From: Desulfatiglandales bacterium
Lineage (GTDB): Bacteria; Desulfobacterota; DSM-4660; Desulfatiglandales; Desulfatiglandaceae
Assembly (NCBI GenBank): GCA_963662465.1
Contig: OY759599.1
Location: 1,536,001-1,600,000, forward strand
Direction: 5' to 3'
Length of the DNA stretch: 64,000 nucleotides
The notes under the pieces were generated by a model. That model had not been told where the DNA came from. It did no database searches and was given only the letters and a program-made list of their open reading frames with translations. The position numbers were made by a program, and so were the translations under genes. Position 1 is the first letter of the stretch; the number at the start of each line of letters is the position of its first letter. Shown here one piece after another: positions 52,840 to 61,696 of this stretch.

Positions 52840-53216
52840 AATGTTTGGATCAGGGATGCAACATCAATAGGCCCCTTCACATGGACTTTCATTCTGGCGC
52901 CTGCTTGTTCAAGCTCCAGATTTACTTCAACCGAATCAGCTGGTGGGTTGAGTGGTGGCAATTCTATGAATGTGGGTGGAAGAAGTTCTTCGGTCGGGCT
53001 GTTCGGAATACTTTCAATGCGATCCTTCAGGTCACTGTAATTCAGGTGCAATGCTTTGGAAAGTTTATTAATGCTGAAATTATCCACCAGGGAAACAGCA
53101 GCATCCCATAAGGACTCAGGAATACGGTCCCGTTTCTTGCGGTTTTTGCGCCAGTCGGAAAACTGGGCTTGTACTGCTTCGAGACGTTGCTTCTCTTTTG
53201 ATTTTTTCTTCGCCAT
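52821..53216 (-). CDS. IS66 accessory protein TnpA (Orf1)
   Basis: 'RIPESLWDAAV' HTH-like region and 'PTFIEL'; first gene after the IR, RBS AGGAGG. Confidence 0.8.
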   Translation of the reverse strand: MAKKKSKEKQRLEAVQAQFSDWRKNRKKRDRIPESLWDAAVSLVDNFSINKLSKALHLNYSDLKDRIESIPNSPTEELLPPTFIELPPLNPPADSVEVNLELEQAGARMKVHVKGPIDVASLIQTFWRQQS

Positions 53217-55615
53217 GGGCTATCCTCCTGAAAGGTTTTAGCCCAAGTTAAGTCCCCCGCGCAGCATTTCATGCGGGCTTGCCGAAAGGACACTTTGAAG
53301 TGGAAATCCTGTGCGATCCTCTCTCCCCGAATCAAACCCAGGTCCCGCGCCCTGGCGGCCACGTCATTTCGAAGATCCTGGAGGTGTTCGAACTTCATAT
53401 CAACAAACCCATCGTACAGGGCCGTTTTCCCCGGAAAAACACCGACGCCGGCGGCAACCGCCACAGAGCGGTCGCTGTTTCTATTGAGGTGTCCCACCGT
53501 CTCGTATCCAGCCAGGATACGGCAGACGTTCAAGAGGACAAGATTGGTGATCTCACTGCCCTCGCCCCTCTTGGGAGCGTAGACCTGGAGAGCCTCGCAG
53601 ACCCCCAGATCATCAATGAACTGCGCAAGCACAATCGGGCCAGGATCGCAAACCGCAAATGCTCGGCTCTGCATGCGATTCAAGAAATGTGCAAAGTGTG
53701 CGTTCAACTTCTTCGGAACCCGAAACTGGCCTGCCTCGGCCGCATCCTTTGCTGTCTTGAGAAGCGGCGCCGGTTTCTCCGGTACCTCTTCTCCCCAAAG
53801 ACCTCGCAATCGTACAGGCCTACGTTCCTTCTCCAAGAGTTCCCAGTATCGCAGAACTTCGTAAAGCGCCGATCGGGAACAGCGCAACTCCATCCGTGCC
53901 ATCAGCTCATCCAGACTGAAACGCGGATGTTCCATCTTCTCCTCAATGACACGTATTTCCAATTCATCGGAAATTTTCCCTCGACCCCGACCGGGCTGTA
54001 TCCAATCCACCAACCCCCACACACCGTAGTTCCGAAAGCGATACAGGTACTTGTAAAAAGTTGGTCGCGACATGCCATAGCGGCGTATTGTATCCCCTAA
54101 CTTGAAAGCATAGGAATTTCCATTTTTGATTTGGCATATCAAATAGTTGTTGCAGTGATGGCATTAAATGTGTCAAAAAAAGCACATTATGCATATGCCA
54201 TCAAACCAAAAAATTGATAAGGAGACTTTCCGGACGATTTTTATTGATCATTGGGAATCATTCAAAGAGCATCATCCAGGGTATGATAATTCGCAATATG
54301 AAGATCCGGTTCAGAAAATGCTTGGTTGCGGCAAGGAAAGCGCCGGATATAGCGAGCACCGGTGTGTTTATTGCGGTGGTGATGTTCGCCGGATAGGTTT
54401 TAGTTGCAAGAGCTGTTTTTGTTTATCCTGCGCCAAGAAATATGTTGACGATTTTGTCAGTCAAGTGAGTAGGGTGCTTCATGGGGGCATGAATTACCGT
54501 CACATTGTTTTGACAATTCCCGAGCAACTGAGAATCGTTTTTTATAAGGCTCGAAATGATGGACGTTTGTTATCGGCTTTTATGAGATGCGGGTACGAAT
54601 GTTTGGAGGATGTTGTCGGAACGGTTCTTCGGCGGAAACTGAAAATAGGAACGATCGTCGTTGTTCAAACGCATGGTCGATCCGGTCATTATAATCCGCA
54701 TTTGCATATCATCATGACAAGCGGTGGGATAAATGAAGATCTGTGCGGTTGGTTTGATTTAAGGTTCTTCAAGTATGAGATTATACATAAGAAATGGCAG
54801 TATCATCTATTCAGAATGCTCAAGTCCCATTTTAACAGCAGTGCGGTCGATAAACTTATTGATGAGCTGTGGAAAAAATACCCTAAAGGTTTGGTAGCCA
54901 ATGTGAGCAAGGGTAATGTTCCTGAGACATGTGGGGGTCTGGCGCGATATTTGGCGAAATATGTTGCATCTCCTCCGATAGCTCTGAGACGGATAATCAG
55001 TTATGATGGCCAATATGTTACCTATTGGTACAATGATCACATGACAAAATCCAGGAAGGTTGAAACCGTGGAAGTGGATGTTTTTATCGGTCGAATGGTT
55101 CAACACATAATGCCCAAAGGGTTCCAGCGGGTTCGTTATTATGGGCTACAGGCTACGAAAACTTTTAAGAAATGGTCGGAAGTAATACGGAAAGGGATGA
55201 AGGCTTTGGGGCGTGGGATTAAAGGAACGTATCAAGTCGTAAAAGCGAAAAGATATCGAGAACGTTATAAGGAGATCAGCTCTCAAGATCCTTTTTTGTG
55301 TCGTTATTGTGGCCATGAAATGGTGCTATGGAAGATATGGCATCCAAAATATGGAGTTTTATATGCTTCAACGCTAATCAAAACTGAACCAAGTTTGCTA
55401 ATGGAAATTGAACCATTGGCTGTCACCGCCGGTGAGTACGGCCCTCAGGTATAGCGGACGATGAGGGATCCATAAGTGGCGGCAAAGGAGTCGTTGATGT
55501 AGATTTACTTTTCAATAAATTTTTATAAAATCTATTTTCTTTGGATTTGGTTTTCTTCTTCCAAGACAGAGGCTTGGTTAAGTGGAAATGCGATTTACTT
55601 TGTAGAATGGATGGT

Positions 55616-55651
55616 GAAGGCCCGAAGTAGCCGCTTCGGGCCTTCTTTTTT
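55616..55651 (+). terminator. Strong intrinsic terminator inside the IS21 left end
   Basis: GAAGGCCCGAAG-TAGCCG-CTTCGGGCCTTC-TTTTTT, a 12-bp perfect stem plus U-tract. Confidence 0.85.
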
Positions 55652-55727
55652 GACCACCGGATAGAGCCGGAAGCCACACACACGCCAATTTTATATAAGT
55701 GTGTTTCCGGCCAATTGCAAGGCCGGA

Positions 55728-56144
55728 ATGATGGGAGATGTCCTTTTAAGAGTGGTTCAATGCCGATGTTGTGGTTGCTTTTTTCACGTCTGTCGGTCGT
55801 GTTGGCGTGGCCAGGCCTATTGTGGGGAACGATGTCGCAGGATACGCCAAAGACAGCTGCACCGGAAAGCTCAGGGGAAATACCGCAATTCGAAAAAAGG
55901 GAAAGAGCGCCGTCGTTTGTACGAAAAAACAAAAAAATCCAAAAAAAATGGACTGAACCCTGGTGATGATAGTTCAACACCTCAAAAAGACTGTGATATT
56001 GAACCCAAAAAGCGGTCGGGGAACCGACCCAGCTGTCTTTTTTGCGGGTCGATCGGGGTTGTTGTGGACCATTTTCCTCGCCGTGCTTATGCAGGGAGGG
56101 TTTTTTCAGATGTAACAGGCTTTGAGAAAACCCCATATCCATGA
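55728..56144 (+). CDS. Cys-rich basic putative zinc-finger protein
   Basis: CRCCGC-CRSC-YCGERC cluster, Arg/Lys-rich helix, C-terminal CLFCG; start uncertain (55701-55731). Confidence 0.65.
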   Translation: MMGDVLLRVVQCRCCGCFFHVCRSCWRGQAYCGERCRRIRQRQLHRKAQGKYRNSKKGKERRRLYEKTKKSKKNGLNPGDDSSTPQKDCDIEPKKRSGNRPSCLFCGSIGVVVDHFPRRAYAGRVFSDVTGFEKTPYP

Positions 56145-56156
56145 CAGGAGAAAAAA

Positions 56157-56576
56157 ATGATCAAAAAAAGAGTCCTTTTTCCCGAAAGAGTGCGTGTCAT
56201 CAATGGAAGCTTCGGCTTTCTGGAGCATCGTTTTTTGAGAAACGGCTTTTGGGAGAGCCTGAATCATCATGAGCTGCTGCTCTACATTTTTCTGGTGTTG
56301 GTATCTGACAAAAACGGGCTCTCTTATTATGGTTACGACAGAATCTGCCGGATTTTAAAGGTGCATTTGGATCAATATATCGATGCCCGCGATGGCTTGT
56401 TGGACAAGGATCTGATTGGGTTTGATGGCCGTCTGTTTCAGGTTCTTTCGCTTCCCAGACGTCCTGTGATTGTGAAACAGGTAAAGGAGATCCGGCAAGG
56501 AAATTGGGTCAGTCTTGGAGAAACCATAGAGGAAATCTTTCGGGAGACTGGGTATGGAATCCATCCGAACCGTTGA
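56157..56576 (+). CDS. Winged-helix/replication-protein-like accessory protein
   Basis: 139 aa, RBS AGGAG; 'ELLLYIFLVLVSDKNGLSYYGYDRICRIL' resembles an HTH replication-initiator N-domain. Confidence 0.75.
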   Translation: MIKKRVLFPERVRVINGSFGFLEHRFLRNGFWESLNHHELLLYIFLVLVSDKNGLSYYGYDRICRILKVHLDQYIDARDGLLDKDLIGFDGRLFQVLSLPRRPVIVKQVKEIRQGNWVSLGETIEEIFRETGYGIHPNR

Positions 56577-57438
56577 TATTCATTTGCTGGAGTTGCGTTA
56601 CGCTCATTGCCGGATAATGAATCACCAGGCTTTAAAGCGATTGAGGGATTCCATCGAAACTTACGGGCAGATCGTTCCGGCCCTGGCTATTGAAGAAAAA
56701 GACAAACTGATTCTGATTGATGGCTACCTGCGTGTTCGAGCGCTTTGTGCTTGTGGAAAGGACCGGATATGTGTCCAATTCTCAAAAGAAAACGAACAAA
56801 ATGCCATGTTTTCGCTTTTAACCAAGGCCAATGAACGGCAATGGGAAGTCATTGAGCAGTCTGTTTTACTTCAGGAATTACATCGGCGTTTTGGGTGCAG
56901 CCTCTCCCATATTGCAACCCGAATAGGGCGCGACAAGAGTTTTGTAAAACGGCGGCTGGACCTGGTTGAAGCCCTGCCGGAAAATATTTTGAGAACCGTG
57001 ATTGCAGGCTCACTTTCAACCTGGGCTGCCAGCCGTGTCATGGCGCCGTTGGCGCGCGCCAACGGTGAAGACGCACAAAAACTGTTGGCCCACCTGGAAA
57101 AAGAACCTCTATCCACAAGGGAACTGGCCCGTTTCTACGCACATTACCAGAAAAGCAACCGGTCTGTTCGAGACCACATGCTGGAAAATCCATCCCTTTT
57201 CATAAAAGTTCTCGAACAAAGAACCCAGTCTAAACAAGCCAAAGAAGTTCATGATGGACCGGAAGGCAAATGGTTCAAGGATATTGAAATGGTATATGCG
57301 GTTCTCAAACGTCTGGTGAAAACCGTTTCGCATGTCCATTACCCAAAAAGCGATCAGTTGAAGAAACAAACGCTCAAAACCTGGGTGAAAAAGATAGAAA
57401 AACAAGCACTGGAACTCAAGAAAGCGACCCAATTATGA
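56554..57438 (+). CDS. ParB/Spo0J-like protein
   Basis: Same as 217..1101 apart from one A/V change. Confidence 0.85.
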   Translation: MESIRTVDIHLLELRYAHCRIMNHQALKRLRDSIETYGQIVPALAIEEKDKLILIDGYLRVRALCACGKDRICVQFSKENEQNAMFSLLTKANERQWEVIEQSVLLQELHRRFGCSLSHIATRIGRDKSFVKRRLDLVEALPENILRTVIAGSLSTWAASRVMAPLARANGEDAQKLLAHLEKEPLSTRELARFYAHYQKSNRSVRDHMLENPSLFIKVLEQRTQSKQAKEVHDGPEGKWFKDIEMVYAVLKRLVKTVSHVHYPKSDQLKKQTLKTWVKKIEKQALELKKATQL

Positions 57439-58817
57439 TCCGACAATCCAAAAAAGATGCCATTGTGGAATTGAAAAAAACCGGCATGAGTTTGCGCGAC
57501 ATCGCCAAAACCCTGAAGGCCGGTCGCAATACCGTCACGAAGGTTTTAGATGATCATGACGAAGAGGCGGTACCCCAAAGGAACTCCCGGTATGAAGAAC
57601 ATGTCCCGTTGATCCGCGAGCTTTTCAAGGAATGTAAAGGAAATGCCGTGCGAGTAGCCGAGGAACTGGAAAGCCGCCAACAGATCAAAATCCCTTATCA
57701 GAGTCTGACCTGGATTATGAGAAAGTACGAGATCCGGGAACGTAAAAAAAGACGGGCGGGCCAATACCATTTTAAACCCGGTCAGGAGATGCAGCATGAT
57801 ACGTCACCCCATCTGGTTGTCATTAATGGGAAAAAAATGTCGACCCAGTGCGCGTCCCTGACCCTGGCCTTTTGCCGAAGGATTTTTATTCAGTATTACC
57901 CCTGTTTTACCCGGTTTGAGTGCAAGGTTTTCCTAAAAAAAGCATTCGAGTTTATGGACGGGGTGTGTTCCCGGTGCATGGTTGACAACACCAATGTTAT
58001 TGTGGCCGGCGGCACCGGGCCTGATGCATTGATTGCGCCTGAAATGAAATACTTCGGCGATATGTATGGAACCCGGTTTGAGGCCCATGCTGTAGGAGAC
58101 GCCAATCGAAGTGCCCGTGTGGAAAGGCCTTTTCATTTTGTGGAAAACAATTTTCTTCCCGGTAGAACATTTGTTAGCTGGCAGGATTTGAACCGGCAGG
58201 CAATCGACTGGTGCCGGAATACAAGCGATAAAAAGTTTAAACGGGCTTTAGGGATGACGCCGGATGAGGCCTATGTCATTGAAAAGCCATATCTCATTGA
58301 TTTACCGGCATACCAGCCGCCAGTCTATGTGGCAGAACACAGGGTAGCCGATGTTCAGGGATATGTGCACTTGGACACCAACCGCTATTCAGTCCCTGAA
58401 GCGCTGATTGGGAACTCCCTGGAAGTACAGAAACATTGGCTCAAGGTCATCGTTTACGACAAAAACACAAAAGTGGCGGAACATGACCGCATACTGGATA
58501 AACGCAACACCCGAACAACCCTGCCCGGTCACCATGTTCCCATTCGAAGAAAAAAAGATCCCCGAATCCCTTCAAAAGAAGAACAGCTGTTGACGGGAGA
58601 GGATGCCATCCTGGATGAGTATGTGGCTGAACTGAAGAAAAGAAGTCACGGTCGCGGTGTGGTCAAGTTACGTCGGTTGCTTCATCTGAAACGCACTTAT
58701 CCCGGGGAACCTTTTTTGAAAGCCATAACACAGGCGCTTAAATATGGACTTTTTGATTTGTCGCGTCTGGAAAACATTATTCTCGATTATATCGCGGGAG
58801 ACTTTTTTGATCTATGA
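57435..58817 (+). CDS. istA: IS21-family transposase IstA
   Basis: Same protein as 1098..2480. Confidence 0.93.
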   Translation: MIRQSKKDAIVELKKTGMSLRDIAKTLKAGRNTVTKVLDDHDEEAVPQRNSRYEEHVPLIRELFKECKGNAVRVAEELESRQQIKIPYQSLTWIMRKYEIRERKKRRAGQYHFKPGQEMQHDTSPHLVVINGKKMSTQCASLTLAFCRRIFIQYYPCFTRFECKVFLKKAFEFMDGVCSRCMVDNTNVIVAGGTGPDALIAPEMKYFGDMYGTRFEAHAVGDANRSARVERPFHFVENNFLPGRTFVSWQDLNRQAIDWCRNTSDKKFKRALGMTPDEAYVIEKPYLIDLPAYQPPVYVAEHRVADVQGYVHLDTNRYSVPEALIGNSLEVQKHWLKVIVYDKNTKVAEHDRILDKRNTRTTLPGHHVPIRRKKDPRIPSKEEQLLTGEDAILDEYVAELKKRSHGRGVVKLRRLLHLKRTYPGEPFLKAITQALKYGLFDLSRLENIILDYIAGDFFDL

Positions 58818-59533
58818 AAAAGAAAATTGAACAGTTACTCATTGATTTGAAGTTTAAAGGCATGCTGAAGGCTCTCGAAGAACAGTTGGCTTCGGCTGAA
58901 AAGAACGGTTTTTCCATTCACGAGGTCATCTACAATCTCCTGGCTGAGGAATTACGTTTCCGGCAGGAGCGCAGCATGATCTATCGGGTCCAGATTGCAA
59001 AGCTTCCATGGGAATGGACCCTCAACTCCTTTCCGTTTGATCTTCAGCCGGGAATACAGAAGAGCCGGATCATGACGTTGTCCGGCCTTGACTTTATCAG
59101 CCGAAGAGAAAACATCGTGTTCCATGGAAAAACCGGCGTCGGCAAAACGGGATTGGCCGTGGGGATCCTTCGTCAAGCCATTATTGCCGGGTACCGGGGG
59201 CGTTTTTATAATGTTCAGGATTTGCTGGATCAGCTCTATGCGTCTTTGGCAGATCGGTCCACCCCGAAACTCCTCAATGCCCTTTGCAGATATGACCTGC
59301 TTCTGCTCGATGAACTGGGATACCTGACCCTCAAAAAAGAGCAGATGAACGCCTTTTTTAAACTCATGAAAGATCGCTATGAAGCCGGTCGGTCCACAAT
59401 TATTACGACCAATCTTCAACCTGAACAATGGTATTCGCTGCTTGAACCAAAGGACATGGTCGATGCCTTGCTGGATCGTCTCAACCATCGCTGCATCAAC
59501 ATTCATATTGATGGTCCTTCCCTCAGAAAATGA
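58814..59533 (+). CDS. istB: IS21 helper ATPase IstB
   Basis: Same protein as 2477..3196. Confidence 0.95.
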   Translation: MKKKIEQLLIDLKFKGMLKALEEQLASAEKNGFSIHEVIYNLLAEELRFRQERSMIYRVQIAKLPWEWTLNSFPFDLQPGIQKSRIMTLSGLDFISRRENIVFHGKTGVGKTGLAVGILRQAIIAGYRGRFYNVQDLLDQLYASLADRSTPKLLNALCRYDLLLLDELGYLTLKKEQMNAFFKLMKDRYEAGRSTIITTNLQPEQWYSLLEPKDMVDALLDRLNHRCINIHIDGPSLRK

Positions 59534-59631
59534 GATGTTCGCCAAAGGGCCGGTTTTGAGGTCTGAATATCACCGGTCTGTTTGAATCTCGTTACACGAA
59601 TATCAGAAATTACCTTGTCTTGGAGCTTGAA

Positions 59632-59829
59632 ATGAGAGGTGGAAAACGGGTAGGCGCCGGCCGAAGAAAGAAACCGGAACATTTGAGACGTGAACTGCTC
59701 ACCATTCGTCTCCCCAAATGGATGATTCTACAGCTGAAAAAAAACGGGGAAATTGGATATTTGATTGAGGATCAATTGGCGAAGGGAGGCCTCCTGAATT
59801 TACCGGACGACTATGACATAGACAAATAG
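59632..59829 (+). CDS. Small basic RHH-like DNA-binding protein
   Basis: Same as 3295..3492. Confidence 0.6.
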   Translation: MRGGKRVGAGRRKKPEHLRRELLTIRLPKWMILQLKKNGEIGYLIEDQLAKGGLLNLPDDYDIDK

Positions 59830-60149
59830 TTCCTCAATAAGCATTGCCCTTAACCGAAAAATCTAATCCCCTCTTCTCTGCCATCACCATATTGATGGTA
59901 TCCTCATCACTGATTCTTCAACCAGAACGCTACGTGTCTCACCAGCATTTTTAAAATACCATCTGATATACTCTTTCATGCAACCTCTAACAAATTTACA
60001 AGAAAACCCTTCTAAAAGGAAAAGACCAGTGCGCAATATCTGGTTCCGTTTGGATTAGCAAAACTGGTTCCATTTTAGTTAGCGCCCAAGTTTATATGAC
60101 GAATATGAAAACATCAAAAACGACAGGTACGGCACGGTTACAGGACAAA

Positions 60150-60386
60150 ATGACAGCGGGGGTGGAAGGCGAGGACTTCCCGTTCGGCCCTCCTCCGGAG
60201 GAATATCCTTACCGTTGTTCCCATTGCCGGCATGAAATGAAGGTAAATGAAGCGATAATAGACGTCGAGATTGCAAAAGCAGAATATGAAGGAAGGAATG
60301 TGGAAGGCTTTATGCCCATTCTCGGTTGCCCTCAGTGCAATCGAGAAACAATGAAATATGCGCAAGGTAGAAAGCCCGCGCGTTAG
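60150..60386 (+). CDS. Small CxxC...CxxC accessory ORF of the IS91-like element
   Basis: YRCSHC...LGCPQC; overlaps the transposase 3' end and stops at the terminal palindrome. Confidence 0.6.
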   Translation: MTAGVEGEDFPFGPPPEEYPYRCSHCRHEMKVNEAIIDVEIAKAEYEGRNVEGFMPILGCPQCNRETMKYAQGRKPAR

Positions 60387-61696
60387 CGCGCTAAGTTCTT
60401 TTTCTGCTTCAAGCCCAGTTCCCGAAATAACTCGAAGCGTAATTGCAGCGCCTCCTCAGGAATGTAAAACGTACCCCTGCGGTCTTTCTTACTTCGCATT
60501 GACCCCGTTTGCGACGTCAACCACCGAATCGCCCGTACGCTCTGCTGGATTCCATACCAGTAGCTCTGGTCATTTTCGTCGCGGCTATTCCCGATTCCGT
60601 GGCAATGCAAGATATGGCTGATCGTTTTCAACGTGGGTCGCGGTGAAAGACCAAGTGCCTCGGCGAAGCGCAATATCATCGTTTCCGTGGCCTTGGGCCT
60701 GGTCATCTTCAGAATCAAAGCGAGACGTTCAAGCTTTTTGTTCTGCTTCTTTGCGCCCAACTCAGGGAAGAGTGCAGCACACCCGTGCTCGATGAATGCG
60801 GTCTCTAACCGGTAGAAGTCAGTCCTGGAGCAACAAGCAGCTTTGCAGGCGTCTGTTATGGAATTCCCTTCCATCCAAACACTACGAAGCATCTCGTAAT
60901 TCTGCACAGCCGGATCGTCGGTAAAGAAAGGTACATCAGTATTGGGGCGCCTTCGGCAGTGCATGGGCAACCGTTGAAGGGAGCTCGGCCAGATAGCTCA
61001 TTTGTTTTTGCGTGAAGATCATGGCCGATATTGTAAATATCTAAACTGGATAAGTCAAGCATTTTTGTATACCCCTATACCAAACACACAGAACTCGCCT
61101 CAATTTTATATAACCATTTGAAATAATAAAGTATTTTGCTGATAGCCATGATCAGACAAGGCCGGAGCTCGGATCGATCGCTGATAGGATTTCCACCACA
61201 GGGATAAAATCTCCTTATTTATAAAGGGATTGGAGCTCAACTCCCGCGTTTTGCGACTATTCAGTTAGGGGGTTTACTTTTTGTTCGGAATGGCTATTTA
61301 CACCGCAATGGAATGTCAAACTTTTTCAGCTAATTGCATAGGAAGTGCATCCGATGACACGACAAAAACTGTATCGAAAAAGGGTCCGGAATGGTCTGAT
61401 TTTGGAAAAAAATGGGCTGAATCTATCGGCCAGGCGCTTTACTATTCGATCCAGACGGGGAAAAGGGCAGGGGTAGTACTCATACTGGAAAAACCGGGTG
61501 ATTATAAATATTGGATTCGATTAAATACCATTATTGAGCATTTCAGTTTGCCCATTGACACATGGAAAACAGCGCCGCCGGGCGGTCTTGATTGATGTTT
61601 TTCACTGTACAAATCCGGATGCTACTCTGAAAAGGCTGACAGATCAATCCTTCACTTTTTTTGAAAATATTGAGATTCAAGAATAATATAGGAAGT

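Larger units (their letters stand above)
45810..53293 (-). mobile_element. IS66-family element with DUF4338 passenger (native ~3458 bp), interrupted twice
   Basis: 23-bp IR GTGTCCTTTC(T/G)GCAAGCC(T/C)GCAT (21/23); gene order tnpA-tnpB-DUF4338-tnpC. Confidence 0.92.
55366..60090 (+). mobile_element. Extended IS21-family element, complete copy (4725 bp, six ORFs)
   Basis: ~50-bp imperfect IRs (CTTCAACGCTAATC... / ...GTTAGCGCCCAAG); 8-bp TSD TTTATATG (55358-55365 / 60091-60098). Confidence 0.95.
54168..60235 (+). pseudogene. IS91-type Y2 HUH transposase, split (54168-55365 + 60099-60235)
   Basis: Zn domain CVYC/SCKSCFCLSC, QTHG...NPHLHII, YLAKY, RVRYYG; rejoins as KYGVLY|DEYENIK...LFPLPA*. Confidence 0.92.
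54101..60394 (+). mobile_element. IS91-family rolling-circle element (native ~1561 bp), interrupted by the IS21 element
   Basis: CTAA at both junctions (54097-54100, 60391-60394); oriIS-like ATAGGAATTT at 54110-54119; GC palindromes at 60377-60394; excision restores the host ORF. Confidence 0.85.
42937..60970 (-). pseudogene. ~778-aa DDE transposase split into four pieces (60970-60395, 54100-53294, 45697-45240, 43432-42937)
   Basis: Junctions rejoin in frame: QKKN|LGDTIRR, QDFHFK|EFYG, KRNKKT|GDVRC; motifs AQDFH, YMDSEY, YRLRWPIENGLKD. Confidence 0.88.
42878..61398 (-). mobile_element. Outermost IS of the nest (native ~2824 bp), large DDE transposase, family unassigned
   Basis: Perfect 14-bp IR CAGACCATTCCGGA (42878-42891 / 61385-61398); 5-bp TSD ATTTT (42873-42877 / 61399-61403). 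Confidence 0.9.
42599..61595 (+). pseudogene. Small exported/membrane hypothetical gene split by the 18.5-kb IS nest (5' part 42599-42877, 3' part 61404-61595)
   Basis: Removing 42878-61403 restores in-frame ...THAIEFDF|GKKWAESIGQALYYS...; also has an in-frame TAG at 42803-42805. Confidence 0.85.

Noticed and set aside
53042..55454. ORFs 53042..54142 and 54168..55454 as complete genes
   Set aside because: Both are chimeras whose termini read through into neighbouring IS ends. The same applies to 45167..45832, 49361..49999, 50608..51555, 60383..60970 and 61281..61595.
55423..56142. 239-aa minus-strand ORF in the IS21 left end
   Set aside because: Antisense to the Cys-rich ORF, runs through the terminator and AT-rich tract, and has no recognisable motifs.
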